Assembly (NCBI GenBank): GCA_016191425.1
Contig: JACPOR010000021.1
Coordinates: forward strand, 84,312 to 148,311
Direction: 5' to 3'
DNA length: 64,000 nt
From: Chloroflexota bacterium
Lineage (GTDB): Bacteria > Chloroflexota > Limnocylindria > Limnocylindrales > CSP1-4
Part shown: positions 7,601 to 17,537 of the stretch, piece by piece
How the letters are laid out: the number at the start of each line of letters is the position of its first letter
How positions within the stretch are numbered: position 1 is the stretch's first letter
Notes under the pieces: model-generated
What the model was told of the DNA's origin: nothing
The model's database searches: none
The model's input: only the letters and a program-made list of their open reading frames with translations
Program-made: the position numbers and the translations under genes

Positions 7601-9015
7601 CCGTTCCACGAGCCGCGCGGCCGCACCCGCCGAGCGTTGAGCGCGTCCTCGCCGTCGCCCGGTCGCGGGCCGGTGGGCGGGACCCGGAAGCCGTCGCGGC
7701 AGTCGCTCGCACGGTGGTCGACAGCGAGCGAGAACGGCTGATCACGGGGGGAACACCCCGTGACATCGAAACGCTCGGGGCGCTCGTCGTCACCGCGCTC
7801 GAGGCCTTCGATGGGCCCGGCGTACGCGGCCGGGAAGCGCCGGCCCTGCCAGCAGGCTTGACGCAGGTCATCAATGCGACCGGGGTCGTGGTCCACACCA
7901 ACCTGGGACGGGCCGCGTGGCCCGTCGCGGCCATCGAAGCCGCCCGGCTCGCGGCGGGAGGTGCGACCCTCCTGGAGCTCGATCGAGGAACGGGGCGGCG
8001 TGGCGCGCGATTTCGCGTCGCCCAGGAGCACCTGACCGCGCTCACCGGCGCCGAGGACGCGCTCATCGTCACGAACAACGCGGCCGCGATCACCCTGGCC
8101 GTCGGGCTGGCCGGGCGCGGCGGGGGCGTGGCCGTGTCGCGCGGGGAGCTCCTGGAGATCGGCGGCGGCGTGCGGATCCCGGAGATCCTGCGTCGCGCCG
8201 GCGTGCGCCTCGTCGAGGTCGGGACCACGAATCGGACGCGGGTCGCGGACTTCGAGGCGACCCTCGCGGATCCGAAGGCGAGGATTCGCGCAATCCTTCG
8301 CGTTCATCCCTCCAACTTCGTCCAGACGGGTTTCGTGGAAGCGCCGGACCCCGCCGGACTCGCCGCGTTGGCCCACCACCACGGAGCGATTGTCATCGAT
8401 GACCTCGGCAGCGGCGCGCTCCTCCCCACGGAACGCGTCGGCCTGGCCCACGAACCCATGCCGAGGGAACGCCTGGACGCCGGCGCCGACCTGGTGACGT
8501 TCTCCGGCGACAAGCTCGTCGGCGGGCCCCAGGCGGGGCTGATCGTGGGTCGCGGCGATCTGGTCGCGAGGCTTCGGCGCGATCCGCTGGCCCGGGCGAT
8601 GCGCCCTGACAAGACGATCCTCGCGGCTGTCGCGGCAACCCTTGCCCTCTACCGCGCTGGCCGAGCCCTGACCGCCATCCCCGTCTGGCGGATGATGGCC
8701 ACCCCGCTTCCCGACCTCCGGCGGCGGGCGGAGGCCCTGGTCGCCGCACTTCCCGCCGGCTCGGCCGAGGTGACCGAGCTCGATGCGACCGTCGGCGGCG
8801 GTTCGGCACCAGGTCAGTCCCTGGCTTCGATCGGCCTGGCTCTCACCCCCCCGGGCGGCGGGTCGTCCGCCAGCCTCGTCGCCGCGCTCCGATCCGGCGA
8901 GCCCTGTGTCGTCGGCCGGATCGAGCGTGATCGCGTCGTCCTCGACCTCAGGACGGTCGCGCCCGAGGACGACGCCGCGCTCGCCGGAGCCGTCACCCGC
9001 GCGATCGCGCGCTGA
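7597..9015 (+). CDS. selA: L-seryl-tRNA(Sec) selenium transferase SelA
   Basis: VINATGVVVHTNLGRA, FSGDKLVGGPQAG (PLP lysine region) and a length of 472 aa. Confidence 0.9.
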   Translation: MTVPRAARPHPPSVERVLAVARSRAGGRDPEAVAAVARTVVDSERERLITGGTPRDIETLGALVVTALEAFDGPGVRGREAPALPAGLTQVINATGVVVHTNLGRAAWPVAAIEAARLAAGGATLLELDRGTGRRGARFRVAQEHLTALTGAEDALIVTNNAAAITLAVGLAGRGGGVAVSRGELLEIGGGVRIPEILRRAGVRLVEVGTTNRTRVADFEATLADPKARIRAILRVHPSNFVQTGFVEAPDPAGLAALAHHHGAIVIDDLGSGALLPTERVGLAHEPMPRERLDAGADLVTFSGDKLVGGPQAGLIVGRGDLVARLRRDPLARAMRPDKTILAAVAATLALYRAGRALTAIPVWRMMATPLPDLRRRAEALVAALPAGSAEVTELDATVGGGSAPGQSLASIGLALTPPGGGSSASLVAALRSGEPCVVGRIERDRVVLDLRTVAPEDDAALAGAVTRAIAR

Positions 9016-9022
9016 GCCGGCG

Positions 9023-10987
9023 ATGACCGTTGTCGTGGGTACGGCCGGGCACATCGATCACGGCAAGACGACGCTGCTGCGGGCGCTCACCGGTATCGAT
9101 GCCGACCGCCTGCCCGAGGAACAGCGGCGTGGGATGACCATCGATGTGGGGTTTGCGTACCTCGATCTGGAGGACGGGACGTCCATCGACTTCGTGGATG
9201 TGCCGGGGCACGACGCGCTGATCGGCAACATGCTCGTCGGGGCCGGCGAGATCGACGCGGCGATGGTGGTGGTCGCCGCGGACGACGGGCCGCGGGCCCA
9301 GACGCTCGAGCATCTGGAACTCCTCGACGCTCTTGGAATCCGGTTGGGTATCGTCGTCATCACCAAGGCCGATGTGGTTGAGCCCGCGCGAGTCACGGAG
9401 GTCGCGGCGGCCACCGTCGAACTCGTTTCGCGCACGAGACTGGCCGGATCGCCGGTCCTCGTTGTCTCGGCGACGCGCGGGGACGGTGTCGCGGAGCTTC
9501 GCGCGGCGCTCCTCGCGCTGCGTGACCGCGTCCTCGCCGAGCGAGCCGTCGGGCCAGCGGGCCCACTCCGGCTCGCCATCGATCGGGCGTTCACGGTCCG
9601 TGGCCGCGGCGTTGTCGTCACCGGCTCGCTGCGAGGTGGTCAGCTGCAGGTCGGCGATTCGCTCCGCCTGGAGCCCGGTGGCATCGACGTACGCGTGCGA
9701 GGGCTCCATGTCCACCACGGGCCGGTGGACGCGGCCGGGCCGGGTCGCGTGGCGATCAACCTGGCCGGAGCCGATCTGGCCGCCTGCGCGCGCGGGACCG
9801 TCGTGACCTCGGGACCGGGGATCCAGGTGTCATCCCGCCTCCTGGTGGCTCTCGGGCCGCCGGTCGTTCTCGATGCCCCTGCCACGCGGCAGAATCGGCC
9901 GACGTGGCCGCCCGCCGATGGCGCGCGTGGCCGCATCCACCTCGGTACGGCGCAGGTCGACGCCAGCCTGGGCATGCGCGGTCGCGATGCGGTCGACCTG
10001 CCGGATGGACGGGTGACGGCGATCCTGCGGTTGAATGGCTCCATCCCAACCTTTGTGGGCGACCGCGGAGTTGCCCGACGGTCGTCCCCCGGTGACGTGG
10101 TGGCCGGTTTCCAGGTACTCGATCCCGAGCCCGCGCGCGCGGTCGCTCGGCGACGCGCCTCCCCGGAGCGTCTGGCGGTCCTGGCCGCCGCCGTCCGCGA
10201 CGCCGACGTGGATGCTGCTGCCGATGCGCTCATCGGGCTGCACGGAATCCTGAACGTTGATCGCGTCGAGACGATCGCCGCCTGCCTGGGGAGTAGCCCC
10301 CGAGAAGAGCGTGGATCGGTGGATCGTGTCGTCGTGCTCGCGCCCGACATTCGCACCGCCCTCCAGAACGCCGTCCTCGCGGAGATCGAGGCCTTTCATC
10401 GGGATCACCCGCTGGAATCCGGCATCCCGCTCGGGACGCTTCGACCGATCCTGGGAACTGTGCTGCGCCGCCTCACGACGATCGGGCGCCAGGACGGCAC
10501 GGTTGCAGACGGCGCCATCGGGGTTGTCCTGGACGACCTCGCCGGCCGACACAAGCTGGCCCGCGATGGCGATCGCCTCCGGGATCCGGGTCGAACGATG
10601 GGGCCGCCGCCGGAACTCCAGGCCGCGATGGCCCGGCTGGAGGCGGCCCTCAACGTGCCGGCTCCGCCTGCCCTCTTCGATGCCGCCCGCCTCGCCGGCT
10701 GCCCCGCCGAGGGGATCCGCACGCTCGAAGCCGCGGGCCGGATTGTGCGCGTCGAGGCTGACCTCGCCTGGGCGGCGCCTTCGTTCCACCGACTCGCGGC
10801 GACGGCGCTGGCGATCGCACGCCGCCAGCCGCTGACTCCAGCGGCACTGCGGGATGCGACGGGCACGAGCCGTCGCTACGTGATGCCGCTGATCGAGGAT
10901 CTCAACCGGCGTGGGATCCTGGCCCGAACGCCGGCCGGCCACGTGCCCGGCCCCCGGGCGCCGCGCGAACCGGCAACGGCGAAATGA
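9023..10987 (+). CDS. selB: selenocysteine-specific translation elongation factor SelB
   Basis: MTVVVGTAGHIDHGKTTLLRALTGIDADRLPEEQRRGMTIDVGF (GTPase G1-G2), DVPGH, ITKAD, followed by a long C-terminal winged-helix region. It starts 8 nt after the selA stop. Confidence 0.9.
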   Translation: MTVVVGTAGHIDHGKTTLLRALTGIDADRLPEEQRRGMTIDVGFAYLDLEDGTSIDFVDVPGHDALIGNMLVGAGEIDAAMVVVAADDGPRAQTLEHLELLDALGIRLGIVVITKADVVEPARVTEVAAATVELVSRTRLAGSPVLVVSATRGDGVAELRAALLALRDRVLAERAVGPAGPLRLAIDRAFTVRGRGVVVTGSLRGGQLQVGDSLRLEPGGIDVRVRGLHVHHGPVDAAGPGRVAINLAGADLAACARGTVVTSGPGIQVSSRLLVALGPPVVLDAPATRQNRPTWPPADGARGRIHLGTAQVDASLGMRGRDAVDLPDGRVTAILRLNGSIPTFVGDRGVARRSSPGDVVAGFQVLDPEPARAVARRRASPERLAVLAAAVRDADVDAAADALIGLHGILNVDRVETIAACLGSSPREERGSVDRVVVLAPDIRTALQNAVLAEIEAFHRDHPLESGIPLGTLRPILGTVLRRLTTIGRQDGTVADGAIGVVLDDLAGRHKLARDGDRLRDPGRTMGPPPELQAAMARLEAALNVPAPPALFDAARLAGCPAEGIRTLEAAGRIVRVEADLAWAAPSFHRLAATALAIARRQPLTPAALRDATGTSRRYVMPLIEDLNRRGILARTPAGHVPGPRAPREPATAK

Positions 10988-11595
10988 CGCAGGCTACGCA
11001 CATGCTCGACGACGTAACTGGAATCATCCTGGCGGGTGGCCGATCGTCCCGATTCGGATCGGACAAGCTGGCAGTCGACATCGACGGCCGGACGATGCTT
11101 CAGCACGCGATAGACGCGGTTGCTGTCGTGGCCCCGCGGATCGTCGTGGTCCTGGCGCCGGACGCCGATCCGCCGCCGCCCTCCGCGCTCGATGATCGCC
11201 TGAGCTTCGTTCACGACCCGACGCCGTTCGAGGGCCCGCTGGCGGGACTCGCGGCGGGTCTCGACGCGGTCCGGACGTCGATTGCCCTGGTTGCTGCCGG
11301 GGACATGCCGCGGATGGTGCCCGTGGTTCTCCAGCGACTGGCCTCGACCGCCGGCCCGGACCGTCACGCCGTCAATCTCGAGGTGCCACGGCGCTTCCAG
11401 CCGTTGCCGATGGCGATCTCGGTCGAAGCTGCACGCGTCGCTGTTGCGGCGCTCCTCCGAACTGATGAGCGATCCCTGCGGGCGCTCCTGCGAGACCTCG
11501 GCGCATCCTCGATCCCGGCGCCCGTGTGGCTCAGCCTGGATCCTGGTGGCGCCACGATCACGGACATCGATCGCCCCGCCGATCTCCGGACATAG
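10984..11595 (+). CDS. mobA: molybdenum cofactor guanylyltransferase MobA
   Basis: GIILAGGRSSRFGSDKL and VAAGDMP motifs; ATGA overlap with the selB stop. Confidence 0.8.
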   Translation: MTQATHMLDDVTGIILAGGRSSRFGSDKLAVDIDGRTMLQHAIDAVAVVAPRIVVVLAPDADPPPPSALDDRLSFVHDPTPFEGPLAGLAAGLDAVRTSIALVAAGDMPRMVPVVLQRLASTAGPDRHAVNLEVPRRFQPLPMAISVEAARVAVAALLRTDERSLRALLRDLGASSIPAPVWLSLDPGGATITDIDRPADLRT

Positions 11596-11604
11596 GAGAG
11601 ACGG

Positions 11605-12162
11605 TTGCGCACCACCGTCCACCTGCTCCACGCCGGCTACGTTCGCGAGGGCGGACGCGTCGGTGGATCCGTGACCCTCGTCCGGGACGGCGACGCGATC
11701 ATCGTTGCGGACCCGGGCATGGTGGCCTCGCGATCGATGATCCTTGATCCGCTCGCGGCACTCGGCGTGGATCCCGACGCCGTGACCCACGTCTTCCTGA
11801 GCCACCACCACCCCGATCACACCGTGAACATCGCGCTCTTTCCCAACGCCGAGGCGGTCGACTTCTGGGCCCGTTATCGGGACGACCTCTGGCTCGATCA
11901 CGACGGTGACGGCTACGCGCTCTCGCCCCGAACGAAACTCTGGCTTACCCCGGGCCACACCGAGGAGGATGCCTCGCTCATCGTCGCGGCCGACGACGCG
12001 ACCTACGCGCTCACCCATCTCTGGTGGAAGGGCGATCGGACACCGGTGGTCGATCCTCTGGCCTGGGACCAGGCATCGATCGAGCGTGGTCGCGAGCGCG
12101 TGCTGGCCGCCGTCGATATCGTGATCCCCGGCCACGGCGAGGCATTTCGCCTCCTGCGCTGA
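11605..12162 (+). CDS. MBL-fold metallo-hydrolase
   Basis: TTG start preceded by AGGAGAG. FLSHHHPDH is the HxHxDH motif, and TPGHT appears later. Confidence 0.75.
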   Translation: MRTTVHLLHAGYVREGGRVGGSVTLVRDGDAIIVADPGMVASRSMILDPLAALGVDPDAVTHVFLSHHHPDHTVNIALFPNAEAVDFWARYRDDLWLDHDGDGYALSPRTKLWLTPGHTEEDASLIVAADDATYALTHLWWKGDRTPVVDPLAWDQASIERGRERVLAAVDIVIPGHGEAFRLLR

Positions 12163-12230
12163 ATCGAGGCGAAGGCTACCGGGAGCCCGGCGCCTCGACC
12201 CCGGCCGTTCAGATTTCGACGCGGACCGGC

Positions 12231-13001
12231 TCAGGCTGCCTTCACCTTGCGGTACAGGCTGACACCCGCCCCAAACCCGAATGCGGACACGATCGCCTGC
12301 GCCAGGGCTGGCCCCACGATCGGGACGATCCCGAGGACGGCACTGACGACCGCCCCGACGATCCCGAACACAAGGGCGAACGCCAGGCCCCAGCCGACGA
12401 TGAGGAGCAACCTGCCCTGCGTCATCGCCCACGAGGTCTTCACCGCGTCCACTGCGGCCGCACCGTCGGCGGCAAGCCAGCCGCTCAGGGACAGGCGGGC
12501 GCCGATGTAGATGGCCGCCAGCACGGCAACGATCAGGATGAGCGCGCCAAGGGCGCCCAGGATAGCGGCCACGATGCCGCCGACGATGATGATCGCGAGG
12601 GTGACGCTGCCGGTGATGAGACCGGCGCCGAGGATGCCGACCCAGCGCTCGCCGACCCGCGTGAACGCGGCACTGATGGTCGGCGCTTCGCCCACGCTGG
12701 CCATGGTGGCCCAGACCTGCCCGTACAGGTTGAGCAGGAGCCCGCCGACGATGGCGGCGATCACTGCACCAAGGATCCCAGCGACGATCGCACCGCCGAT
12801 CGCCGCTCCACTGCCGGTGGTACCGCCCAGCACGAGACCAAGGACGATCGGCACGATGGCCGCGATCACGACGATGTTGATCACCACGCCGATGATCAGG
12901 ATCGGGATGATGAAATTGGGCTGGAGCACCATCCGGAACCCGACCATGATCGCCTCGGTCAGCGTGAGCTGGCCCGGATCCTTGCCGCCAAAGAGCGCCA
13001 T
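12231..13001 (-). CDS. Gly/Ala/Ile-rich polytopic membrane protein, unknown function
   Basis: ATG at 13001 is preceded by GGAGGAGGAGAG. From MALFGGKDPGQLTLTEAIMVGF the protein has about 6 hydrophobic spans. The upstream part of track ORF 12231..13808 is Arg/Pro-rich shadow. Confidence 0.65.
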   Translation of the reverse strand: MALFGGKDPGQLTLTEAIMVGFRMVLQPNFIIPILIIGVVINIVVIAAIVPIVLGLVLGGTTGSGAAIGGAIVAGILGAVIAAIVGGLLLNLYGQVWATMASVGEAPTISAAFTRVGERWVGILGAGLITGSVTLAIIIVGGIVAAILGALGALILIVAVLAAIYIGARLSLSGWLAADGAAAVDAVKTSWAMTQGRLLLIVGWGLAFALVFGIVGAVVSAVLGIVPIVGPALAQAIVSAFGFGAGVSLYRKVKAA

Positions 13002-13198
13002 TCTCTCTCCTCCTCCTGGGTCGCCATACAAAGCGAGATCCGATGATGCGCGTTCCGCGGAGCGCAGGTCAACGCTTTCTGCGGTCCGGATACCGTCCGA
13101 GGTGCGGTCCGACGTACGGTCGCGTCGCCGACCTATGCCCGCGCCGGCGGCCGGCGTGCATGTTGCGTACAAGGAGTCGACCACCCGCCCGAGCGGCC

Positions 13199-14761
13199 TC
13201 AGCTGGTTTCCACCCGGACCCCAATTACAGTCGGACGCAGCCCGAACCAGCTCACCACGGCGCCGGCCACCAGGAGCGCCGTGACGACCAGGATCGTGAT
13301 GTGGAACGCCTCGGTGGATGCCACCCGCGCAGCCTGCTCGATCGCCAACCCGACCGATGGATCCGGAGCGTTCAGCGGCTGGACGGTGGCCCGGAGGCTG
13401 GCCGATCGGGGATCCAGACCCGGAACCGCCGAGGCAAGGGACCCATAGAAGCGTTCCGTGATCAGGATGAAGATGGCAGCCGATGCGAGTGGTTGGCCGA
13501 CTCTTGACAGCGCGTTGTTGATGGCCGACGCAAGGCCGGCGCGTTCGACGGCGACGGAACTCATCAGCGTCGAGGTCAGCGGTGCGACCACGAACGCGAT
13601 GCCGATGCCGAACAGCAGGATGGCCGGGAGGGGGTCGATCAGGGCCGCCAACGGCGGGACGAGGGACGCCGGGTCGCCGGCCTGTGCCAGCCAAGGGGTC
13701 GAGTCGCTGGGGACCCGGAGCCACCACAGGGCCCCCGCCGCCATCACCAGCGGACCGCCGACGAGGAAACGGCGAGCACCGAACCGGTCGGCCAGCGTGC
13801 CGGCCCACGTCGACACGATCACGAGGGAGATTCCAGTGGGGAGGCCGATGAGCGCCGACCCGAGGGGCGAGTACGCCAGGACGCCCTGGAGGAAGAGACT
13901 CTGCATGTACAGCAGCACGTAGAGCGCGGCGTAGATGAGAACCGTGGCGAGATTGATTGCCGCGAAGGTCCTGTTTCGGAAGAGCGCCGGGGGCACGAGC
14001 GGGTCGCGGCGTCGGACCATCAGGATGGGAAAGGCAACGAGCGCGAGCGCGCCGAGGCCCAGCATGATGATCGGCGCGGTCTCGGACCAGGAGACCTGCT
14101 GGCCCCGAATGGCACCGAAGGACAGGCCGCCCACCGCGACCGCGGCGACGACGGCGCCGATCCAGTCGAAGCGTGCATCCACACGATCGGGGCGCAGAGC
14201 GGGGACATAGCGCAGCGTGAGCGCCACGCCGATCAGGACGAGTGGCGCGTTGACCAGGAAGATGCTCGACCAGCCGAAGACCTCCACGAGCGTCCCGCCG
14301 ATCGGCGGCCCGAAGATGGCCACGAACGAGGTCGAGGCCGCCCAGATCCCGAACGCCCGGCCACGCTCAGGACCGTGGAAGAGCGCCGTGATGATGGCCA
14401 GCGATCCGGGCACGAGGAGGGCGCCGGCGATTCCCTGGAGGAGCCGTGCGACAGCGAGCACGTCCAGCGATGGCGCAAGGGCGCAGGCCATCGAGGTGAC
14501 GCCGAACCCGATGAGCCCGATCAGGAAGACGCGGCGGCGTCCGTACCGGTCGCCCATGGCGCCAGCGAGCAGGAGGAATGCCGCAAGAGTCGCCATGTAG
14601 CCGGCGACGATGTAGACCTGCCCCTCGAGGACCCCGATGGACACGGCCGGAAGGGTGGTCCCGATGCGGGGCAGGGCCACGTTGACGACGGTCCCATCGA
14701 GAAAGACGATTGCCGAGCCGATGATCGCCGCGGCGAGGGCCCCGCGGGACGAGGACGTCAT
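13199..14761 (-). CDS. MFS transporter, DHA2 (14-TMS EmrB/QacA-like)
   Basis: LAGAMGDRYGRRRVFLIGL (MFS motif A), about 14 hydrophobic spans, 520 aa. Confidence 0.85.
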   Translation of the reverse strand: MTSSSRGALAAAIIGSAIVFLDGTVVNVALPRIGTTLPAVSIGVLEGQVYIVAGYMATLAAFLLLAGAMGDRYGRRRVFLIGLIGFGVTSMACALAPSLDVLAVARLLQGIAGALLVPGSLAIITALFHGPERGRAFGIWAASTSFVAIFGPPIGGTLVEVFGWSSIFLVNAPLVLIGVALTLRYVPALRPDRVDARFDWIGAVVAAVAVGGLSFGAIRGQQVSWSETAPIIMLGLGALALVAFPILMVRRRDPLVPPALFRNRTFAAINLATVLIYAALYVLLYMQSLFLQGVLAYSPLGSALIGLPTGISLVIVSTWAGTLADRFGARRFLVGGPLVMAAGALWWLRVPSDSTPWLAQAGDPASLVPPLAALIDPLPAILLFGIGIAFVVAPLTSTLMSSVAVERAGLASAINNALSRVGQPLASAAIFILITERFYGSLASAVPGLDPRSASLRATVQPLNAPDPSVGLAIEQAARVASTEAFHITILVVTALLVAGAVVSWFGLRPTVIGVRVETS

Positions 14762-14816
14762 CGCCGGAGTGTAGGGCGCTCCGTGCGGGATCGCGAAGGA
14801 CGGCTAGACTCCCTCC

Positions 14817-15524
14817 GTGCCCGGACCCGTGGCGCTCATCGGCGCCGGCGAATTCCTGCCCGGAATGGAGACGCTCGACCGCGCGCTCCTCGCCGGAATC
14901 GCTCGCCCGCGACCGAGGGTGGCCATCGTGCCGACGGCGAGCGCGCCGGACGGCGAAACCGTCTTCCGAGGCTGGGCGGAAATGGGCCAGGCGCACTTCT
15001 CGGCACTCGGCGCGGAGGTCGAGACGGTCCTCGTGCGGACCGTCGCAGAGGGATTCGACGCCGGTGCCCTCCAGGCCATCGGCGAAGCGGATCTCGTGTA
15101 CCTCTCGGGCGGCAAGCCGGAACATCTTCGCGCGGTCCTTGCCGGGAGCCCGCTCGGCGCGGCCATCCACGCAGCCCATGCGCGGGGCGCGATCATCGCT
15201 GGCTGCTCGGCCGGGGCGATGGCCCTGGCAGCCGTGCAGGTCGACCTTCGACGCCGCATGCGCGCCTGGCCGCTTCGCTGGTCCCCCGGTTCGGCGCTTG
15301 TGTCCGGCGTCGCCGTTCTCCCGCACTACGACGCCTGGCCTGAGACCATCCTGGCCGTCATGGCCCTCCAGGCGCCCCGGGGTATCACGGTCATCGGGAT
15401 CGACGAGGACACCGCGATCTTTGGTCGCGACGGCACCTGGCACGTCCACGGTCGCGCCCGCGTCACGGTCTGGCGTGGACGGCACCGCGAGCGGTTCCGC
15501 CGAGGCGACAGCTTCCAGTTGTAG
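14817..15524 (+). CDS. peptidase S51 / cyanophycinase-like (type 1 glutamine amidotransferase-like fold)
   Basis: VALIGAGEF..., LSGGKPEHL, IIAGCSAGAMAL (nucleophile Ser in a GxSAG context). Confidence 0.65.
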   Translation: MPGPVALIGAGEFLPGMETLDRALLAGIARPRPRVAIVPTASAPDGETVFRGWAEMGQAHFSALGAEVETVLVRTVAEGFDAGALQAIGEADLVYLSGGKPEHLRAVLAGSPLGAAIHAAHARGAIIAGCSAGAMALAAVQVDLRRRMRAWPLRWSPGSALVSGVAVLPHYDAWPETILAVMALQAPRGITVIGIDEDTAIFGRDGTWHVHGRARVTVWRGRHRERFRRGDSFQL

Positions 15525-15589
15525 ACGTCCCGGATTGGGACGGACTCACAGCGTGGCGGACGGCCCGGGGCCCGCGCGGGGGCGTCGGG

Positions 15590-15647
15590 GTCGGGTCAGC
15601 CCGGGCGGAGTCGTCGCACGTTCCGGTGTCGGGTCAGTCCGGGCGGA
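15590..15647. repeat. 38-nt direct duplication (gtcgggtcagYccgggcgga core, 2 copies)
   Basis: Copies lie at 15590..15609 and 15628..15647. The second contains the stop codon (15636..15634) and last codons of the zinc-ribbon gene. Confidence 0.7.
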
Positions 15648-15963
15648 CCTTCCGGAAGCAGTCCGAGCAATAGACCGGCCGATCCATGCGGGGCCGGAAC
15701 GGCACCTGGGCCTGGTTGCCGCACTCGGAGCAGAGGACCGCGAAGAACTCGCGACCGCCGCCGCTCTCGAAGCCGCGCGGACCGCCGAGGTCATGCGCGT
15801 CGGCGCCACCGTCCCGGGCGGCCCGCCGACTCGCCCGGCAGGACACACATCGCTTGGGCTCGGAGGAGAACCCCTTCTCCGCGTAGTACTTCTGATCGTC
15901 GGCTGAATGGATGAATTCCTGGCTGCAGTCGACGCAGGTGAGCGTCCGATCCGCGTAGGTCAC
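15634..15963 (-). CDS. zinc-ribbon domain protein (two CxxC...CxxC knuckles)
   Basis: LTCVDCSQEF...KRCVSCR and VLCSECGNQ...VYCSDCF: two zinc-ribbon units separated by an RG-rich linker. Confidence 0.7.
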   Translation of the reverse strand: MTYADRTLTCVDCSQEFIHSADDQKYYAEKGFSSEPKRCVSCRASRRAARDGGADAHDLGGPRGFESGGGREFFAVLCSECGNQAQVPFRPRMDRPVYCSDCFRKVRPD

Positions 15964-16376
15964 TGGGTGCCTCCCGAGCGCGATGGTTCAGCGGGGTGCG
16001 CTCCGCTTGTTCGCGGGATCGGCGGGACGGCGACAACGGCCAGTGGCCGGGGCCGCCAGACCCTTGGTGCCGATGTGGGGTCCCTTGGGCGGGGCGCACC
16101 GGTTAGACGTTGATCCGGAGGATACATCGGATCGCCGAACCGACCGATTGCCCCCCGGGAACCCGCAGCGACATGCTGAGGCGTGCCAGCCTACCTGTCA
16201 CAATGGGGGGCGACGGTTCGGGAGACGAGCGGGGAGCAATGGGGGCGCCCCGTTTGTCGGGACCCGTGGGGCCGTCGGAAGCTGTCGATGTGGCGGCGTC
16301 CGTCGGCCCGGGCGGGTTCTCCTGATCCGGACCTCGTCACACCGTAGCGAGCTGTCAGGGGGAGGCCCAGGACCGG

Positions 16377-17537
16377 ATGCTTCGACTGCTCCACACCGCC
16401 GACGTCCATCTTGGAGCCCGCCACGCCGATCTCGGGGACCAGGCAACCGCCCAGCGCGAGCGGCAGTTCGCGGCATTCCGGGCCAGTGTGGACCTTGCCA
16501 TCGCCGAGAAGGTCGACCTGTTCCTTGTCGCGGGAGACCTGTTCGACTCGAACGTCCAGCCACGTCGGTCGGTGGAGCGCGTCGCCGCCGAATTGGCGCG
16601 CCTCGTCGACGCCCGGATCCGGAGTGTCCTCATCCCGGGAACGCACGACGTCTACGACCGCGCGTCGCTCTATCGATCCAACGACATCCCGGCGATGTCC
16701 GGCGCCGCGGGCCGGGACTTCGTCACCGTGCTCACGCCGGAACGACGCTCGGTTCGGCTCCAGCCCCTCGACCTGACCGTCCACAGCCAGGTCTTCGCCA
16801 CGAAGCGCGCGCCCCACTCGCCGCTGGTGGCCTTCGATCCGCGCGAGGATCCATCGACCTGGCAGGTCGGCCTGATCCACGGCTCCATCAGCATTCCCGG
16901 CCAGACCGAACACGACGAGGTCGTGATCACGACAGAGGAAATCGCGGCCAGCAACCTCGACTACCTCGCGCTGGGCCACTGGCACTCCTCGAGTCGCGGC
17001 AAGGCCGGGCGCACGGTGTACGCCTATTCAGGGGCACCGGAACCGGTCGCCCTCGACCAGGACCGGGCCGGCAACGTGATCCTGGTGGGCCTCGATCTCA
17101 AGGACGGCAAGCGGGAGGTCACCATCGAGGAGCGGAAGGTCGGCCGAACGGTGTTCGAGAAGCTCGAGATCGACGCCGCCGGTCTCGCGTCGCAGCCGGC
17201 CCTCATCGACCAGCTGGCGACCCGGGCCGATGAGGACCTGGTCCTGGACGTGCGCCTGATCGGGGTTCGGCCGGACGTGCTCGACATCCGCGAAGAGGAG
17301 GTCGAGGCGGCGCTCGCCACGCGGTTCCTCAAGATCCGGGTCCGGGATCGCTCGGTACCGCCGCTCTCGGAAGGTCCGCTGCCCCCGGAGGACACCATCC
17401 TCGGGGCATTCGTGCGCGATGTCGAGGCCGGGATCGCGGAACTCGAGGCCGCCGACGATGTCGCCGGCGCCCGCGAGGCTCGCGATGTCCTGCGGCTGGG
17501 CCGGCTCCTCCTCTCGGGCGAGGAGGTCACGCTGTGA
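16377..17537 (+). CDS. SbcD/Mre11-like metallophosphoesterase nuclease (YhaO-like)
   Basis: LLHTADVHLG, LVAGDLFD, IPGTHD and GHWH motifs; 4-nt overlap with the downstream ATPase gene. Confidence 0.8.
   Translation: MLRLLHTADVHLGARHADLGDQATAQRERQFAAFRASVDLAIAEKVDLFLVAGDLFDSNVQPRRSVERVAAELARLVDARIRSVLIPGTHDVYDRASLYRSNDIPAMSGAAGRDFVTVLTPERRSVRLQPLDLTVHSQVFATKRAPHSPLVAFDPREDPSTWQVGLIHGSISIPGQTEHDEVVITTEEIAASNLDYLALGHWHSSSRGKAGRTVYAYSGAPEPVALDQDRAGNVILVGLDLKDGKREVTIEERKVGRTVFEKLEIDAAGLASQPALIDQLATRADEDLVLDVRLIGVRPDVLDIREEEVEAALATRFLKIRVRDRSVPPLSEGPLPPEDTILGAFVRDVEAGIAELEAADDVAGAREARDVLRLGRLLLSGEEVTL

Noticed and set aside
7021-9054. 677-aa reverse ORF opposite the methyltransferase and selA. Similar long antisense ORFs occur at 10876..12432, 36364..37929, 48637..50370, 50514..53243 and 39645..40763.
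   Set aside because: They have typical high-GC shadow composition (R/P/G/A-rich, no motifs). The opposite strand carries clearly recognisable genes in each case.
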